Of a stretch of 64,000 nucleotides of DNA, positions 13,521 through 27,500 are shown piece after piece. The notes under the pieces are model-generated. The model was not told the origin of the DNA, ran no database searches, and worked only from the letters and a program-made list of their open reading frames with translations. A program made the translations under genes and the position numbers. Every line of letters starts with the position of its first letter. Within the stretch, counting starts at the first letter, position 1. Source of the DNA: Blasia pusilla (taxonomy: Eukaryota); assembly GCA_050084515.1 (NCBI GenBank), contig CM114271.1, positions 26,040,001-26,104,000 on the forward strand, read 5' to 3'.

Positions 13521-15449
13521 GTCAAATAGACATTGCATCTCATGAATGTAAAGGATATGCAAAGAAATGTTAGAAGAGATTGTGTCTTTCAAATATATTG
13601 GTGATTATGAGTTACTAATGCGGAGGGAGGCTACATACCAATTATGATTGAATTCCGACACAACTAAGATGCGAAATAAAACACAAGGAGATTTCATGGA
13701 ACACACTTCACCATTGCGTGCAATGTAGGTGACCATGCAAGGAACAAAAACAACAAGGATGCGCCATGCAAGTAGAAAGTCACACGCCCTGGAACTTGAA
13801 GAACAACTAGAGAGCATGCTTGGTTGCAACTCGTAAATGATGAAGGAGAAGAGTCATAGTCCCGCTTAGCTTATATAAACAGTTGCACTATGAACAGATA
13901 AGTATGATTGGAGCGTTGTCATAGAGTGAAAGAAGTTACATCTATATTGGCCAAATTTGTAAAGAAGATGTACTTCCTTACTAGTTTGCTCATAAGAGCA
14001 TGTTCCCCTCCATAGTAGAGAACAAAAATCATAGTACAATCCCTTCGCCACCATTCTGAAGTAAAATGGAGATAGCCTTTAGAGGGAGAGCTTCCTAATT
14101 GGAAACCAATTACTTTCTCATGAATATTGGATGTGTAAACTTGTTCCCATGGTTTGCATCTGATTGTGTTGTAGGCCAAGAACAACGAGAGGAGTGTTGT
14201 GTACAACTTACAATTCATAGAGGCATTGGGATAGGAAGTGTCAAGAAGCTCATACCGATTACCACGGATACCTTAGAGTGACAACAGATGATAAGCTAGA
14301 GAGAAAAGAAGACACAATTTTCCCATTACTGCAGTTGTCGTGCTACCCAACTCCCCGTTGTACTGCAGCCTGTTGGTCTATTGTCAGTTTCAGATGTCAG
14401 CAAGTCCAACAATTATTCCTCAATGAACGAGTGATTCTCCAACTCAAGAATGGTTCAACTTGTTTTGGTCTCATCTTGTTAGAATCTGATGGACGCTCCT
14501 GTCCTGTGATCCAATATGGTTGGAATCTAATAGAAGCTGTTGTCGTATGATCTCAACTGGAGTCTGAGCTCGGAATTGACACCTGATTATGATCTCCGCT
14601 CCGATTTTGACATAAACTCCTGTTTCATCACGACGGGTGATGTCTCCAAGTGCAGTTGATCATCGATTTCCTTCTACTATCTACTTTGGGAACTGAAGGT
14701 TGCACCATGATTTGGTTGGTGTTTACATATGTTAGAAAATTTTCAGGAATTAATGGCACTGGTAGCCACCCACTCAACCTGAGGCATCCTACTCGCGTTT
14801 GAACTGCAGCCTGCAGTTTTGTGGCACAGGAAAGTATCCAGCCCTGGTTTGGAGGCGTTACTACCTTGACTTAAGCTTCCCATCTCTTTCCTCACCGTGT
14901 ATCTCATTGCATCCACAGCATGTGCAACGAACAACTGCAGCAGAATCATGTCATGAACCAGCTCTGTTATTACCAACTACACAATTCGAGCGCAGTCGGT
15001 CGCGGTGTTGTGAATTTCACGCATCACCAAATAGTGCTTCAGGTTTCCCAAATTCTCTCCCACAAAGTGCGGGGAATACTTTCACTGTTCTCTTTCAAGT
15101 TGAAAGTGGCTGCCCCTCCGCTTAACTTAAACTCCAACGGAGTTCCCGAACCACTGCTAACGTCAAATTGAACTTTCACCTGAACTACTGCACAGCAATT
15201 GTTAAGACAAAAGGTTCTTAGGTATTGACACCACTGACGACTTAGTAGTGCCTTTCGTATTGACGATTGGTGACTAGGAAAGCTTCGTATAGACTCACAA
15301 GGTTTCGTATTTCGCATTGGCAGAATCATCGCAGAAGCTCTCACAGCAACAGAGCAGCAAAAACGCGAGCGAAAGACTCGAGGTTTTCATAGTCAATGCG
15401 AAAATTTGTGAAGGACTTTCCCCATCCATAATGTGGGGGGCGGAGGAGT

Positions 15450-16705
15450 TCAATGAGGAAGCAAATGCGACTTGAGAAACGCCAGGGAATCGATGTCCGC
15501 CTCGTCCATGGCGCACACATCACCTATAGCCTCCTTGCACTTACCACTCGGCCATCGCTGCGATATGATATCAAAGGCATGTTTGGTGTCGTGGAAACCA
15601 GCGAAAATGACCGCACTTCCGTACGAGTTCACAGCGATATTCTTTCGAATTTGACAATCGAGGAAACCTTCATCTGCGTCGCCCATATTGAGCCGGAATT
15701 CGCGTCGAGGGCGCCAGAAGCTGATGTTGCGCTCCAAATTTCCGAACCCCAATTGGGGGTTGCAACGAGGATAGAAGGTCACCGTCACAGCAAAGCGATG
15801 GTCCGATTCTGGGCGCAGCTTGTCGACACTGGCCGGAGTGGCAGCCGCTTCCACCATCGCAGATTCCGCTCCCTGTGACCAGCCCATGAGAGCAATTCTG
15901 GACGCGTCTATCTGGCCCAGCCCGACCAGGAAGTCCCACGCTGCTCTAGCATCCTGCACCCGAGTCGTGTCGGGATCCACAAAACCTGCACATGTCTTCC
16001 ATTTTGTTCCGTGAGTTGCCGCATCCATCTCACCATCAGGTCAGAAGGTGCAGGACACGAAATGCCAAGCACTGCTCATTAGGTCGAACCAGACATCTCA
16101 ACGACCTGTGCGCGAGTCTCACCAGAGTAGATTTCCTGAACTACGAAGAGCTCTACGTTAGTTACTAGGCGTCGGGAGGTGGACATGGACATGGACATGG
16201 AAACCACACCTTGATATTTGGTTTCAAGGCACTGATTCTGCCAGTCCTTGTCGTCCGCGGCCAGATTCGAAGGCACTCGCTTTGAGAAACTGTCCACCGC
16301 GAAGGCCACGATGCCCTCCGAAGCCAGCTTCAATCCCCACTTCTCGACGCCGTTCACCAGATTCGGCGTTCCGTCCTCGTTCGTGCTGTTCACCGTCTTG
16401 TCAAACCACATCCCGTTGCAGGCGTGCAACATCACCACCGCAGCACCCGAAGCCGCGTTCGTTCTCCGTTCCAATTTCTCTCCCGCGTTCCGTCGCACTT
16501 CATCGCCCCGCAGCTGCAGCTCCACATCGCCGAAGCCCGCAGGCAAGTACAGCACCCCGGAGAGCTGCGTGCCTCCGGGCCCGGGGAACTCGATCAATTC
16601 TGGCAAAGGTGCCGCAGCCTCCGAGCGAGCTATTCTCGTGTGCGCCTGGTAAAACGGCAGCAGCAGCGACAGTGCCACCATGGAATTCCAGAGCTTCGCC
16701 ATCAT
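15450..16705 (-). CDS. Dienelactone hydrolase-like alpha/beta hydrolase with predicted signal peptide; exons 16705-16210 and 15985-15450
   Basis: GAAVVMLHACNG, AFAVDSF, IDASRIALMGWSQG (nucleophile elbow), FYPRC, GDADE (acid) and HAFD (His). One GT-AG phase-1 intron (16209-15986) joins KYQG to FVDPDTTR. Alternative start at 16750. Confidence 0.85.
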
Positions 16706-17159
16706 CTTCGCCGCGGAACATCTGCGTGACTTCTGCTGGATATATTGCATGGGACCGGGACCCCATGCCCGGTATATCCGGTTGTCTCCTTATCGTCGGT
16801 TGGAAATAGGTGGTAATGTCGGTCGGAAATAGCCTTCTGTTTCTTGTGTCATGTATTTGGACGGTGCGAGTTAAATTCAGGTCCCATGAATTGTTATCCG
16901 TCGGATCGAGAAAGATCCGGAGTCATGGGGCGGGTCTTGACGACCTCGGCTGCATGGAACCGGGTCCCACTCTTCCAGCGTGCATTTTATCCGAGATTCA
17001 TGATAAGTGTTAGATAGGGATGGAATGAGAGAAAACCCCTCCTCCATCGTTTACACCTCCTCTAAGTATTCTTTCCGTATTTTGTCACTTCAAAAGAATA
17101 ATTTAAATTCAAAAGAGATTATTATATTAAATGAGGAAGGGAAAGAAGGACAAGATCAC

Positions 17160-19440
17160 TTGTGCATAGCATGGGCAACACTCTAGCTGCTAGTGAAGCA
17201 TGTGTCTCTCCATCTCCCTAAACCTCACACAACCGACCAATCCACGGAATAGATTTCGTGGAATGACGAGAATCTCGAAAACAAAATTAGCTCGTTTTCG
17301 AATCCACTACGCCCATTGGATTTGTAGTTTTGGTAGTTGCATGGCAAGTGGAAAAAAACACGATATCCGAAAGGCATGTCAAGAGGATCTTTCCAAACAC
17401 TATCCATGCAAAACCACTGGGCGCCATATAAAAGTGCTAGTGTGAGTTGAAATTACCTCCCGTGATTAACTCTTAAAATTTGTCTATGGTTATTTTAAAT
17501 CAATTTCAAAAAATCTTATTGGTTTAGAAGACTAGGAGGAGACTAATTTGCACAGTGAAAGGGCACTTTCATATAATAATATGAACTTTCAAACTAGGTA
17601 TATTATTAAGCAAAAGCTCCTACGCCACTACTAGTGTAAACCCCTGTGTGAGGCACACCTTAAAAGTGCCTCCCATAATTAACTTTCAAGATTTTCAAGT
17701 GCCATTTTTTATCAATTTAGAATTTTTTATTTGCTCATCAAACGAATGGATCTTATTGGCTGAAAATGCCAAGTATCGGGAGGAGAGGAGCTGGAAAATT
17801 GTTCGGTTACTCTCCAATAATAATGAAGATGGATTTTTCCTTGTAGACAAAATAGTCAAGAGAGATAAAAATTCAGAATTCCAAGGTCTATTTAGTGTCT
17901 ACACGATAGACCTGGTTACGTTTAGACGCTCTTGAGAGTTTAAGAGGCCTCTCCGTCACAAGTAGTGATGACGAACAAATCTATATACAAATGGGAGGAT
18001 GAAGTTTTCAACTATTCACCCTCCATTTGACATGTGTCTATTGCTGAATCTAAGTGGACTGAGTCAAAAGTGCTTACTATAGCCAACTACACTTGCAAAT
18101 ACTTTTACGATGGAGAACTTTGCTGCTCTCCACACTAGTATTTCATTTTCAAACTTTTACCTCACATCAAAATTTACATACATTACTTATCCACAAGAAT
18201 AAATCATTGCAATCAAGATTTTTCTTGGCAGCTAAATATCACATATGAGTCTAAATAAACAAAAAATATTAATTTAGGACCAAAATATTGTCTCCGACTT
18301 TTAGCTTTTTGGCTTTGTTTGCCTATAAACATATAAAACAAAATTTATTCTCCTTGTATATCATTTTATCATATTCCTTCCATGGCATTAATTTCTTTCA
18401 ATAATATATCTACGTATTTGGTCTCCATTCATACTAGTGGAAACCCGTAAGATGTGTAGGTTATTGATGAGTAGTTTAAATTGTTATCATTAACTTGAAA
18501 ATATGACTAATGATTTGACTAACCCCCAAAATTTTTGAGTGATCTCTTGTGTCAACTCCGAATAATACTATTGGTTGAGAGGTTGAGCGGTCCCATTGGT
18601 TGTAAGGGCCATATGTTAAGAGGAAAGATGTTGGAAAATTAAGAGGGCATTTTCCAATAATAATATAGATTTTTATACGATTACACACTGGTTTTATTTT
18701 ATGGATGACTAGTTGGTGCCAGTGGGATGCACACTATTAAAAATGATAGGTACTTTTGAATTATCTATAATTTTCAATGATTTATCTACTTCAATCAATT
18801 CCGAATGATCATATTGGTTGAAAGAGAGGAATGCCAAGAAGAGAGGTGTTAAAAAATAAAAAATGGGCTTTGATATAGATATGTACGAGTGGATTGTGTG
18901 TGATACATTAGGTAATTATTTATCATTAATTTAAATTATTCCGTGCCAGGTAAGTATTCATCGACTACTAACATGCAAAATTCTTGATTTCTCAAATCAA
19001 CCTCTTTTGATCTTACCAATGGAAGGGGGAGGAATAACTATTGTTTAAACTTTTTAAGAAAGGTGGAAATATTTAGAAGATTTTATGGGGTATTATTTAA
19101 TTTTAATTGAGGAGTGGAGTTATTTGGAATAATATAATTTTATTATTCCTTTAAGATTTAAGAAAATGAAAATTATGTTTAAATTTTGAAATGAAAAAAA
19201 AGGATTATTTGAAAACATCATTTTTGTGTACAAACATGAACATGCTAACTAGTGTAAACTCTCGCAATGCTTGGGTTTCAATTACCTCCCATAATTAACT
19301 CTCGATAATCATTTTAAATGAATCTCCAACTATCTTAGTCCATAAGATGATTCTATTGGTTGAAAGTGCCAAAAAGGAGAAGAGTTTGCAAAATGAAATA
19401 CTCTCTCCAATTATAAGATAGACTAGTGGGCAACACGGGA
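17160..19440 (-). mobile_element. Cluster of AT-rich repeats with Helitron-like 3' termini
   Basis: Recurrent ACTAGT next to short GC-richer, hairpin-like stretches (~17630, 18433, 18708, 19248, 19422) and repeated cctccc(a/g)t(a/g)attaact (~17456, 17669, 19285). On the - strand these read hairpin...CTAG|T. Confidence 0.4.
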
Positions 19441-20049
19441 GTGAGGGACTAATCATGTTGCACAAAAAAATTTTTTAATTTCCCGTTGTTCTTAGAGGGA
19501 AACATTTTTTTGCGCCTGTACAATAGACCAACCTAAACAAGTACAATTCAAGATAAGTGAAAGGTTGAGAAGGGTGACAAAGTTGAGAAAGGTTAAGTGT
19601 TGGCAAAGGTTAAAAAAATTCATATGATTCTATTGATGGTAGTCTTTTGAAAGCTGCCAATTGTACTCGTCCCAAAATCAGTTTGCAATGAAAATGTTAT
19701 GTTGTTGCATGAAACAAAGGTTCTCTTTGAGGCAGCTTTGTGAGGGATTTTCTTGCCAATATTGGACATAAGTAGTTTACTGTGCTAATTAAAGTCCAAT
19801 TACCTTGTTAAATACAAGCAGATCTGCTGATACCAGAAAGAACTAAGCACATAAGTGCTCACCATCATTGCATTGAAGAGCTGATACAGAAGTAGATTCA
19901 TATGAGCAGTGGATTGTAATACCAATGATATGGTGACAAAAGCATCCCTCTTTACACATGTTTGCGTTCCATACGTTCCATATTTTCAATGTTGTTTCGT
20001 GTTCAAGGGTGGTGAGCGCCTCCAGAGCCTCGATATGGAATGTATAGAA

Positions 20050-23000
20050 TATTGAAGATTGAGTTACAGTCAAGCTCATGAGACACTTGAACTGCTATAT
20101 TTAGTACTCACACGAAGTAGGGAAGCTTAATCTTGGTTAGTCACTTAATCATGATTATCTTAACTAGGGTTAGTTAATCACAATTAGTCTAACTCGAGAC
20201 TATGGTTAAGGTTGCTTGTACATACCTTAATCATACACAATTGAAAGGGGACCAGACTCCACCCATCTCTCATTGCAAATTTTGTTCTCCATGGTGGTGT
20301 GTGAGTGTGAGAGCCATTTCCCACCAATTATGCTTCTTTAGTAGTTTTCCACATGATATCAGAGCGATAGGAGAATATTACTTGAAATTCTTGGTGTTTG
20401 AGGAGAGAAGAGAGGCAAGAGAAGGCACAATTTCAGTTTGGGAGAAGGAAATTTTGTTCAGAGCTGAGTGGATGCAGATTTTAGGTGGAGCTTTGATGGT
20501 GATAAAACTTTAGAGGTGTTTTTGAGGGCTTTCCCAGTCAATTTAGCCATCTAGGTCCACAGCGGCTAGGACGACGCCGAAGGCTCGTTCTAGGATAACG
20601 CCAAAAGCTCATTCTAGTTGGATACCAAAAGCCTATCTATTCATCTTGTAGAGCTTGTCAAGAGCTTTCTAACGCATCCAAAATCGCTTGATTCTGACAT
20701 TCTGAGCTCTTGCAGTAACAATTTCAGTATACGAAAGTGCAATTAGTGAAGAAAAGTTGCGCAGTTTGCTTTCTACAGGCCAATTTCGACTAGTTCTTTC
20801 ATACATTTGATCAATTTTGGAAAATTTCAGGTCAATTTCTATGTATGAGTGGTCTATGCTTCAATAGGAGCAGTAGAGAGCCTGAAATTACGTTTTAGTC
20901 AGTGAAATCGTTCGCCATGAAGTATTCCTCAACAACAATCACAAGCGAGAAGCTAGATAAGCAGAATTACAATGTTTGGAAGTTTCGCATGAAAAAATTT
21001 CTCATTGGTCAAGAACTATGGGAGCTTGTCACAGGTGATGAGGCCAAGCCAGAAGATGACTCAATAGACTTGAATATTCGCGCCTGGAATAAACGCGCAA
21101 GTAATCCAATATATTTCAATAACGATCAGTTTGCCAATGATAGGTCATATTCAAGATATTGATATTTCGAAGGAGGCCTAAGATGCATTAGAAAAGCTGT
21201 TCCAGACATCTACAAAGGCCAAAAAGCTTCAATTGAAATAATAATTGAATAAAGTGAGGAAAGGATCACAACATCAATGATTATATTTTGAGTATTAGAC
21301 GTATTGTTGATAAGTTGAATAGCATTGGAGTGATAATAGAAGATGATGATCTGATTTTGTTCACTTTTCAAGGCCTTCCGAAGGATTACAAGTCCTTTGA
21401 GACCTCTATCTCTATGAGAGAGAAATATCCAACTTTTCAAGAGTTAGTCCCATGGTTAATCAGTGAAGAGATGCGCCTAATATGCAGCGATAGCTCGTCT
21501 AGTTTGCAAGAGAGTGCGCTGCTTATAGGTTATGGATCAAAAAGAGGTAGGCATCGTGGCAGAAGCTTCCGTGGTCATGGTGGATATCAAGCATATGGAG
21601 GATGAGGCACTCAATGTAACGTCACTCAATCAACTACTAACCAATACTAGACACAATCACAAGGTGGTGATGATGGAAACCGTTGGGGTGAAGATCAACA
21701 GCAGAAGGTCCCTAGATCTTGCAATTACTGTGTGATAAAGGCTCACTATGCAAAGTTTTGTTTCAAGAAGAAGGCACATATGAGAACAAGAGCCTTACAA
21801 CAACAAAACTATGTGGAGCATCAACACTAAGAGCAGTACCAAGAACGACAACATTCACAAACGGAGTATCTCTTGGTCATCACTCATCATATGGGAGCAA
21901 TGATCAAGAAAGACTCGATAGCAGATTGGTACATTGACTTTGATGCATCAAATCACATGACCTCACAAGCTAAATGGTTCAGTAGTTTGGAGCCAGTGAA
22001 AGATCCTGCAATTGTGCTCTTGGAAATGTTCTCTATGTTCCTACCATTGTAAGAAACCTGATCTCTGTAGGACAGATAGTAGAACATGATTCTCAAGTGA
22101 AGTTTAACGTACATGGTTGTTTCATTGAAACAATGGATGACCAAACTACGATAGCCAAAGGAACTAGATCTGACAGAATGTTCCAATTAGATGTTTCTAT
22201 GCCAGAGATTCAAACAACAATGTATCGTTAAACCCACCAACAAGTCATAAATCTAAATATGTGGCATAAAAGAATTGGACATATGAATCTTCAAAGATTA
22301 AAGAGTTTTTCATCATCTAATATAGTAATAGGACTCCCTAAATTAGCGAGGTCTGCTACATTAGAGGTATGTCCTACTTGCCAATTGGGAAAAAAGGTAG
22401 ATTTCCTTTTCCAAAGCAAGGTAGAAGAGCATCTAGGATATTGGAGTTGATCTACAGTGATGTGTGGACAACATCACAACATAACCTTAGTGTTTGCTAG
22501 TACTTTCTTTCATTTATTGATGACTTCTCTAGGTATATATGGGTATACTTTCTGAAAGCCAAGTAAGAGGTATTCTCAGTGTTCCAAACATTCAGAGTTC
22601 TAGTAGAGAAGAAGATTGGAGAAACATTCTAAAATTGCCTTGTGAAGGAGGAGGAGAGTATCTTTCAACAAAGTTTGATGACTATTTACGTTAGAATGGC
22701 ATCCAACGTCAAGTGACTTGCCGTTACGTTCCACAACAAAATGGAGTGGCTGAGAGGAAGAATCGACATATTACTGAAGTGGCACGAGCTATGTTGAAAG
22801 AGAAGAACATGCCTAAGGTGTATTGGGCAGAGGGTGTAGCATGTGCAGTCTTCTTTATCAACCGAACTCCAATAGCAAGAGTTCATGATAAAACTCCATT
22901 CAAAGTCTTCATAGGAAGTAAACCTGATTTTTCCTTCTTGAAAGTATTTGGTTGTATTTGTTATGCTCATGTTCCTTTTGAGAGATGTCAGAAATTAGAC

Positions 23001-25311
23001 CCCAAGTCTGAAAGATGTATCTTCATTGGCTATGCTGATGGAACTAAGAGATATAAGTGCTACATTCCATCCTCTAGGCAGTTTATTATTAGTCCAGATG
23101 TTGTCTTTGATGAGCTAAAGTCCTGTTATGCTCCATTTGAGCCTATTCCACCTCTAAACTTGTCTGTCGAGGGGGAGAATATAATTGTAAACCAACAAAC
23201 ATTGTCTTCAACTTCCCCAAGTACTAGTGCACGATTAGGAGAGTCATAGATTCATCAGTTAAATTTATGAGTCTATGAACGGGAAGAGTACGTATTCAGT
23301 CTGTTGACACTAGTTAGAGCTCAAGTCAGGTGTTAGAGGCATCTACCTTTGAACAAAAACTTCGTAAATCAAGTAGAGTGATACATCTAGTTCATAGATT
23401 CATAAATGAAGGTTTCCTTATGACACATCATGCATATATGATGACTACCCTTCAAGAATAGGAGCCGAGTTGTTTTGAAGAAGCTTCAAGTAAAGTCAAA
23501 TGGATTGAAGCTATAGAAGAAGAGCTTGTTGCATTAAGACATCAACAAACATGGGAGCTGGTTGATATACCTTCCGATAAGGAAACTCTTGGTTGCAAAT
23601 GGGTTTACAAAATCAAGCGTAATCAAGATGGCACAATTAATAGATACAAAGCGAGATTGGTGGCTAAGGGCTATGTACTACAATATGACATCGATTATGA
23701 GGAAACATTTAATTTTGTTGCAAAGATGGCGACTACGAGAACAACGATTGTAGTTTCACTAAGTAAGAAGTGGAGATTACATCATATGGATGTCAAGAAT
23801 GCCTTATTGAATGGAGATCTATACGAGGAGGTATATATGACTCAACCACATGGATACAAGCATCCCAAGTTTCCATTTCGCGTATGCAGGTTGAAGAAAG
23901 CTCTATACGGGCTCAAACAAGCTCCAAGAGCTTGGTATGGCAAGATTACATATGTCCTACAAGAGTTGGGTTTAAGGGTATGTGATTTTGACTCCTCGTT
24001 ATATCTCTTGAGAGAACAAGATCATACGGTTCTCATTATGTTGTATGTTGACAATCTCTTGATTATTGGGAGTATTGAAGAAATGGTACAACAAGTCAAG
24101 CTTAAGTTACAAGGAGAATTTGATATGAAGGACTTTGGAGAACTCAAGTACTTCCTTGGTATTGAGTTTATCAAGGTTGGAGAGAGCATGTCATTAATAC
24201 AACCGCAATATGCTCTTCATATGCTTTCAAACTATGGTATGAAGGCTTGTAAGCCAATCTCTACACCGTTGGACCAAAGTGTGAAGCTAAGAGTGGATGA
24301 AGGAGAGTTTCTTGCATATTCTAATATGTACAGGCGCACGATTGGAAGTTTGATCTATCTAACTATAACTAGACCAGATTTGAGCTATGCTATTGGCCTA
24401 GTGAGCCAGTTTATGCAAGCATCTCGAAAACCTCACCTTGATGTTGTGAGGAGGATTATGCGGTATGTGAAATTCTCTATTCAATTTAGGCTTCAATTTG
24501 AACCTTCTCCGAGTTTTCAATTACAGGGATTCACAAATACAGATTGGGCAAGAAGCCTATCTGATCGACACTCCACATCTGGTTATTCATTTACTTTGGG
24601 AAGCGCAACTATAAGTTAGACTTCAAAGAAGCAAGATACATTTGCTTTATCTTCAACAGAGGTTGAGTACAAAGGAGCAACCAATGCAGCATGTGAGACG
24701 GTGTGGCTTCATCAATTACTTGTTGAGATTGGTGTTAGTCACTTAGGACCCAGTGTAATATACGAAGACAATATTAGTAGCATCAAGATTGCTAATAACC
24801 TTGTGTTTCATGCTCGTACAAAGCATGTTGAGATGCACCATCATTTTATCAGAGAGAAAGTGCTTGCAGGAGAAATTGATCTTGTGTATATAGGTACAGA
24901 TCAGCAAATTACTGACATCTTTACGAAGGTATTGTCTAGAGATAAGTTTGAGATGTTTAGAAATGATTTAGGCGTTAGAGAGATCGATATGAGCTTGAGG
25001 GGAAGTATTGAAGATTGAGTTATAGTCAAGCTCATGAGACACTTGAACTGCTACATTTGATACTCACACGAAGTAGGGAAGCTTAATCTTGGTTAGTCTG
25101 TTAAGCGGGATTATCTTAACTAGGATTAGTTAATCACAGTTAGTCTAACTTGAGACTATGGTTAAGGTTAGGGTTAGGTTTGCTTGTACATACCCTACAT
25201 AATTGAGAAGGGGACCAGCCTCCACCCATTATCTCATTGCAAATTTTGTTCTCCATGGTGGTGTGTGAGAGCCGTTTCCTATGAGTTATGGTTCTTTACC
25301 AATTTTCCAAA
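20050..25311 (+). mobile_element. Full-length degenerate Ty1/Copia LTR retrotransposon
   Basis: LTRs 20050-20353 and 25006-25311; PBS TGATATCAGAGC 20354-20365; PPT GAGGGGAAG 24997-25005; TSD TAGAA/TGGAA. Copia order gag-PR-GAG-pre-integrase (WHKRIGH)-INT (PQQNGVAERKNR)-RT (LYGLKQAPRAW, YVDN)-RNase H (HARTKHVE). Many stops and frameshifts. Confidence 0.96.
20918..25018 (+). pseudogene. Copia gag-pol polyprotein (disrupted)
   Basis: ORF fragments 20902-21162, 21288-21605, 22259-22450, 22713-23249, 23657-24619 and 24701-25018; RT YVDD changed to YVDN. Confidence 0.93.
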
Positions 25312-25905
25312 TGGAACGCATGAGGCCCTCTTTGCACTTAACGGAAAATACTTACATAATGACCAGAGTGTTTTGGATCTGTGTAAGAAGATCCTCAGTC
25401 TTGAGATCCAAAGAAGCTCGAGGGTGCCAAGTTAATCTTAGAAAAAAATTATTGCATTTCTAAGATTTCCGTTTGCCAATGCTCGAGCGTGGTTTATGCT
25501 TTTGGCGTTGGGGAGATAATTCAAGAGGCTGTGACTTCGTAGATTATGATGTACTACTTCGCAATCGATTTTTCTCACTTATGACGAAGATAGTCTTGGG
25601 TACTTTCTATATTATAGATGGTTTTCCAAGTTATGCTTTCAATCTTTGAAGATCTTGGATGGTGACATTGAGTAACATGGTGCAACGGAAGTTCCATAGT
25701 GAGTGTTGCTTCTTTGTCGAGTAGTTTTGATGTTGCGTGATTTGTCTTAAGAAAATGTCTAACTACAGCCAAGCTGTTAGCAACCATTTCTCTTGACCAC
25801 GAGCCTTTGATGATGCAGTTGCACGTGAGTAGCAATAGTAAACGTTGTGCTTGTTATCTATACGCACCCTAAATTAGTGTACAAATCATTATCCGGATTG
25901 CTGAG

Positions 25906-26121
25906 TATTTTCAACATTGTTTCCTATTGAAGGGTGGCGAGTGCCTCCGGAGCCTTGATGTGGAACGTATGGAACGCATGAGGCCCTCTTTGCACCTGCC
26001 GACAGATACTTACATAATAACCAAAGTGTTTTGGATCCGTGTCAGAAGATCCTCAGTCTGGAGATCTGAAGAAGCTTGAGGCTACCAAGTAAATCTAAGA
26101 AACAATTTATTGTATATCTAA
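25906..26121 (+). repeat. Paralogous empty-site copy of the sequence interrupted by the Copia element
   Basis: Matches 19981-20049 joined to 25317-25463, with a single TGGAA at the insertion point. Confidence 0.85.
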
Positions 26122-27485
26122 TATCTGAAACGACAAGCTCTAAGCATGCCCAGGTTTAGCAGTTGCTTGCAATGTCTTGCCTTGTTGTGGCAGGAGTATT
26201 GCCTACGATTATGCACAGCGCCACTATAATCTTATGAATGTTTAGTTCTATATATGTAGACATAGTACACTAATGTAGCTGGGACATCCCCTCTAGATGT
26301 TAGTTGGTATTAGGGCTGATCTGGTGTCCCTGTTGAGGGACATGGTCTTGCAGATGCAGTTGTGACAAATCAACAAAAAATGGGGGGAACGAATGATGGA
26401 GGCGATGCACACAATAGCTGCTTAATATATTGGCCAGTTTGGATCTTTGTGCTGGCATGTTCATGTGGTATGAAGGTTGGCAGCATTGGCATATGGATAT
26501 CTGGAAGGGGTATTGTATAGGGCCTCCAATAGTAACTGCATTGGATTATTGTCTGTTAAAAGGGTAAACCTTAACAAACTTCAGAATTGTAAGTATGGAA
26601 TTCAGTCAAGGAGCATGTATGAAGATCTGCCTATCTGAGGAGCATATACCCATAGTTCCCACAGCCATAGCTGTGAGCTCCCACGAATAGAGGACATCTT
26701 AGGGTTGCTGCTTACACCTTATATGCAGACCCTTAAATCACACATACTGAGTCTGGAAATAACTCTAATCTATTTTCTACAGAATGTGACAACAAAATAT
26801 CCCTACGAATATGCCCAGTTGTTTGTGAAAACCATGCTTAGAGAGGATAGAGAAGTAGAGAAACTGCACATAAGGTTAATCACTCATTGAAGGTCTACAA
26901 TGATTGCAGCTGAAAACCTTGATAAATCCCTGAGTGATGCACAAGTTTCTTTTTGGAAAGGGGGTGTGGGTTTATATGTTGGGATAGACCATACCACTCA
27001 AAAAAATTGACAGAAGTGATGTTTTAATGAATGCGAGGTCTGAAGAAGATTTTCTAATTTCTGAGAGTCATTGGAACTTGAGAGAGCAGGTTTCCCTTCG
27101 TTTCGGCTCATTTGGAGCCATATAGAGAAACTTACTATTTTGGGTAAGTTTTTATATTTGGTAGAGTTAACTTTCCACTTTAGGAAGTGGTCCTTGACTC
27201 GCTACAGCAGGTCAAGAGCTAAGGAGGTGACTTGTGAGCATAGGTTAGCAAGGAGAGAGCTTGGGAGAGGGAAGGGGGTATATCTCAAGGAGAGAGAGCT
27301 TGAGAGCTCATTCTCTCTTTGTTGAACCTCTTGGCACGTGGCAACGGAACTATGGTACCTTTCCTTATGAGTGTAACCCAAGCCTCTCATTAGGAGAGTG
27401 GGTTTGGTTTGACATTGAGAGAGACATGTGAGAGTGCACACATTTGAGAGCTATGGTGTTTAGAGAGATTGGATCTACTTGATTT

Positions 27486-27500
27486 ACAAAGAGAGAATGA
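27486..27500 (+). promoter_or_regulatory. Self-priming-type PBS of element A
   Basis: ACAAAGAGAGAATGA is the exact reverse complement of TCATTCTCTCTTTGT at 27308-27322, about 30 nt downstream of a TATA-like GGTATATC. Confidence 0.75.

Noticed and set aside
16248-16809. Antisense and alternate-frame ORFs over the hydrolase exon
   Set aside because: Shadow ORFs of a GC-rich coding exon.
26907-26920. CAGC|TG as left TSD and terminus of element A (right flank is CAGC)
   Set aside because: The following sequence does not match the start of A2 (TGTCATGAC...); similarity begins only near 27061, so no TSD can be assigned.
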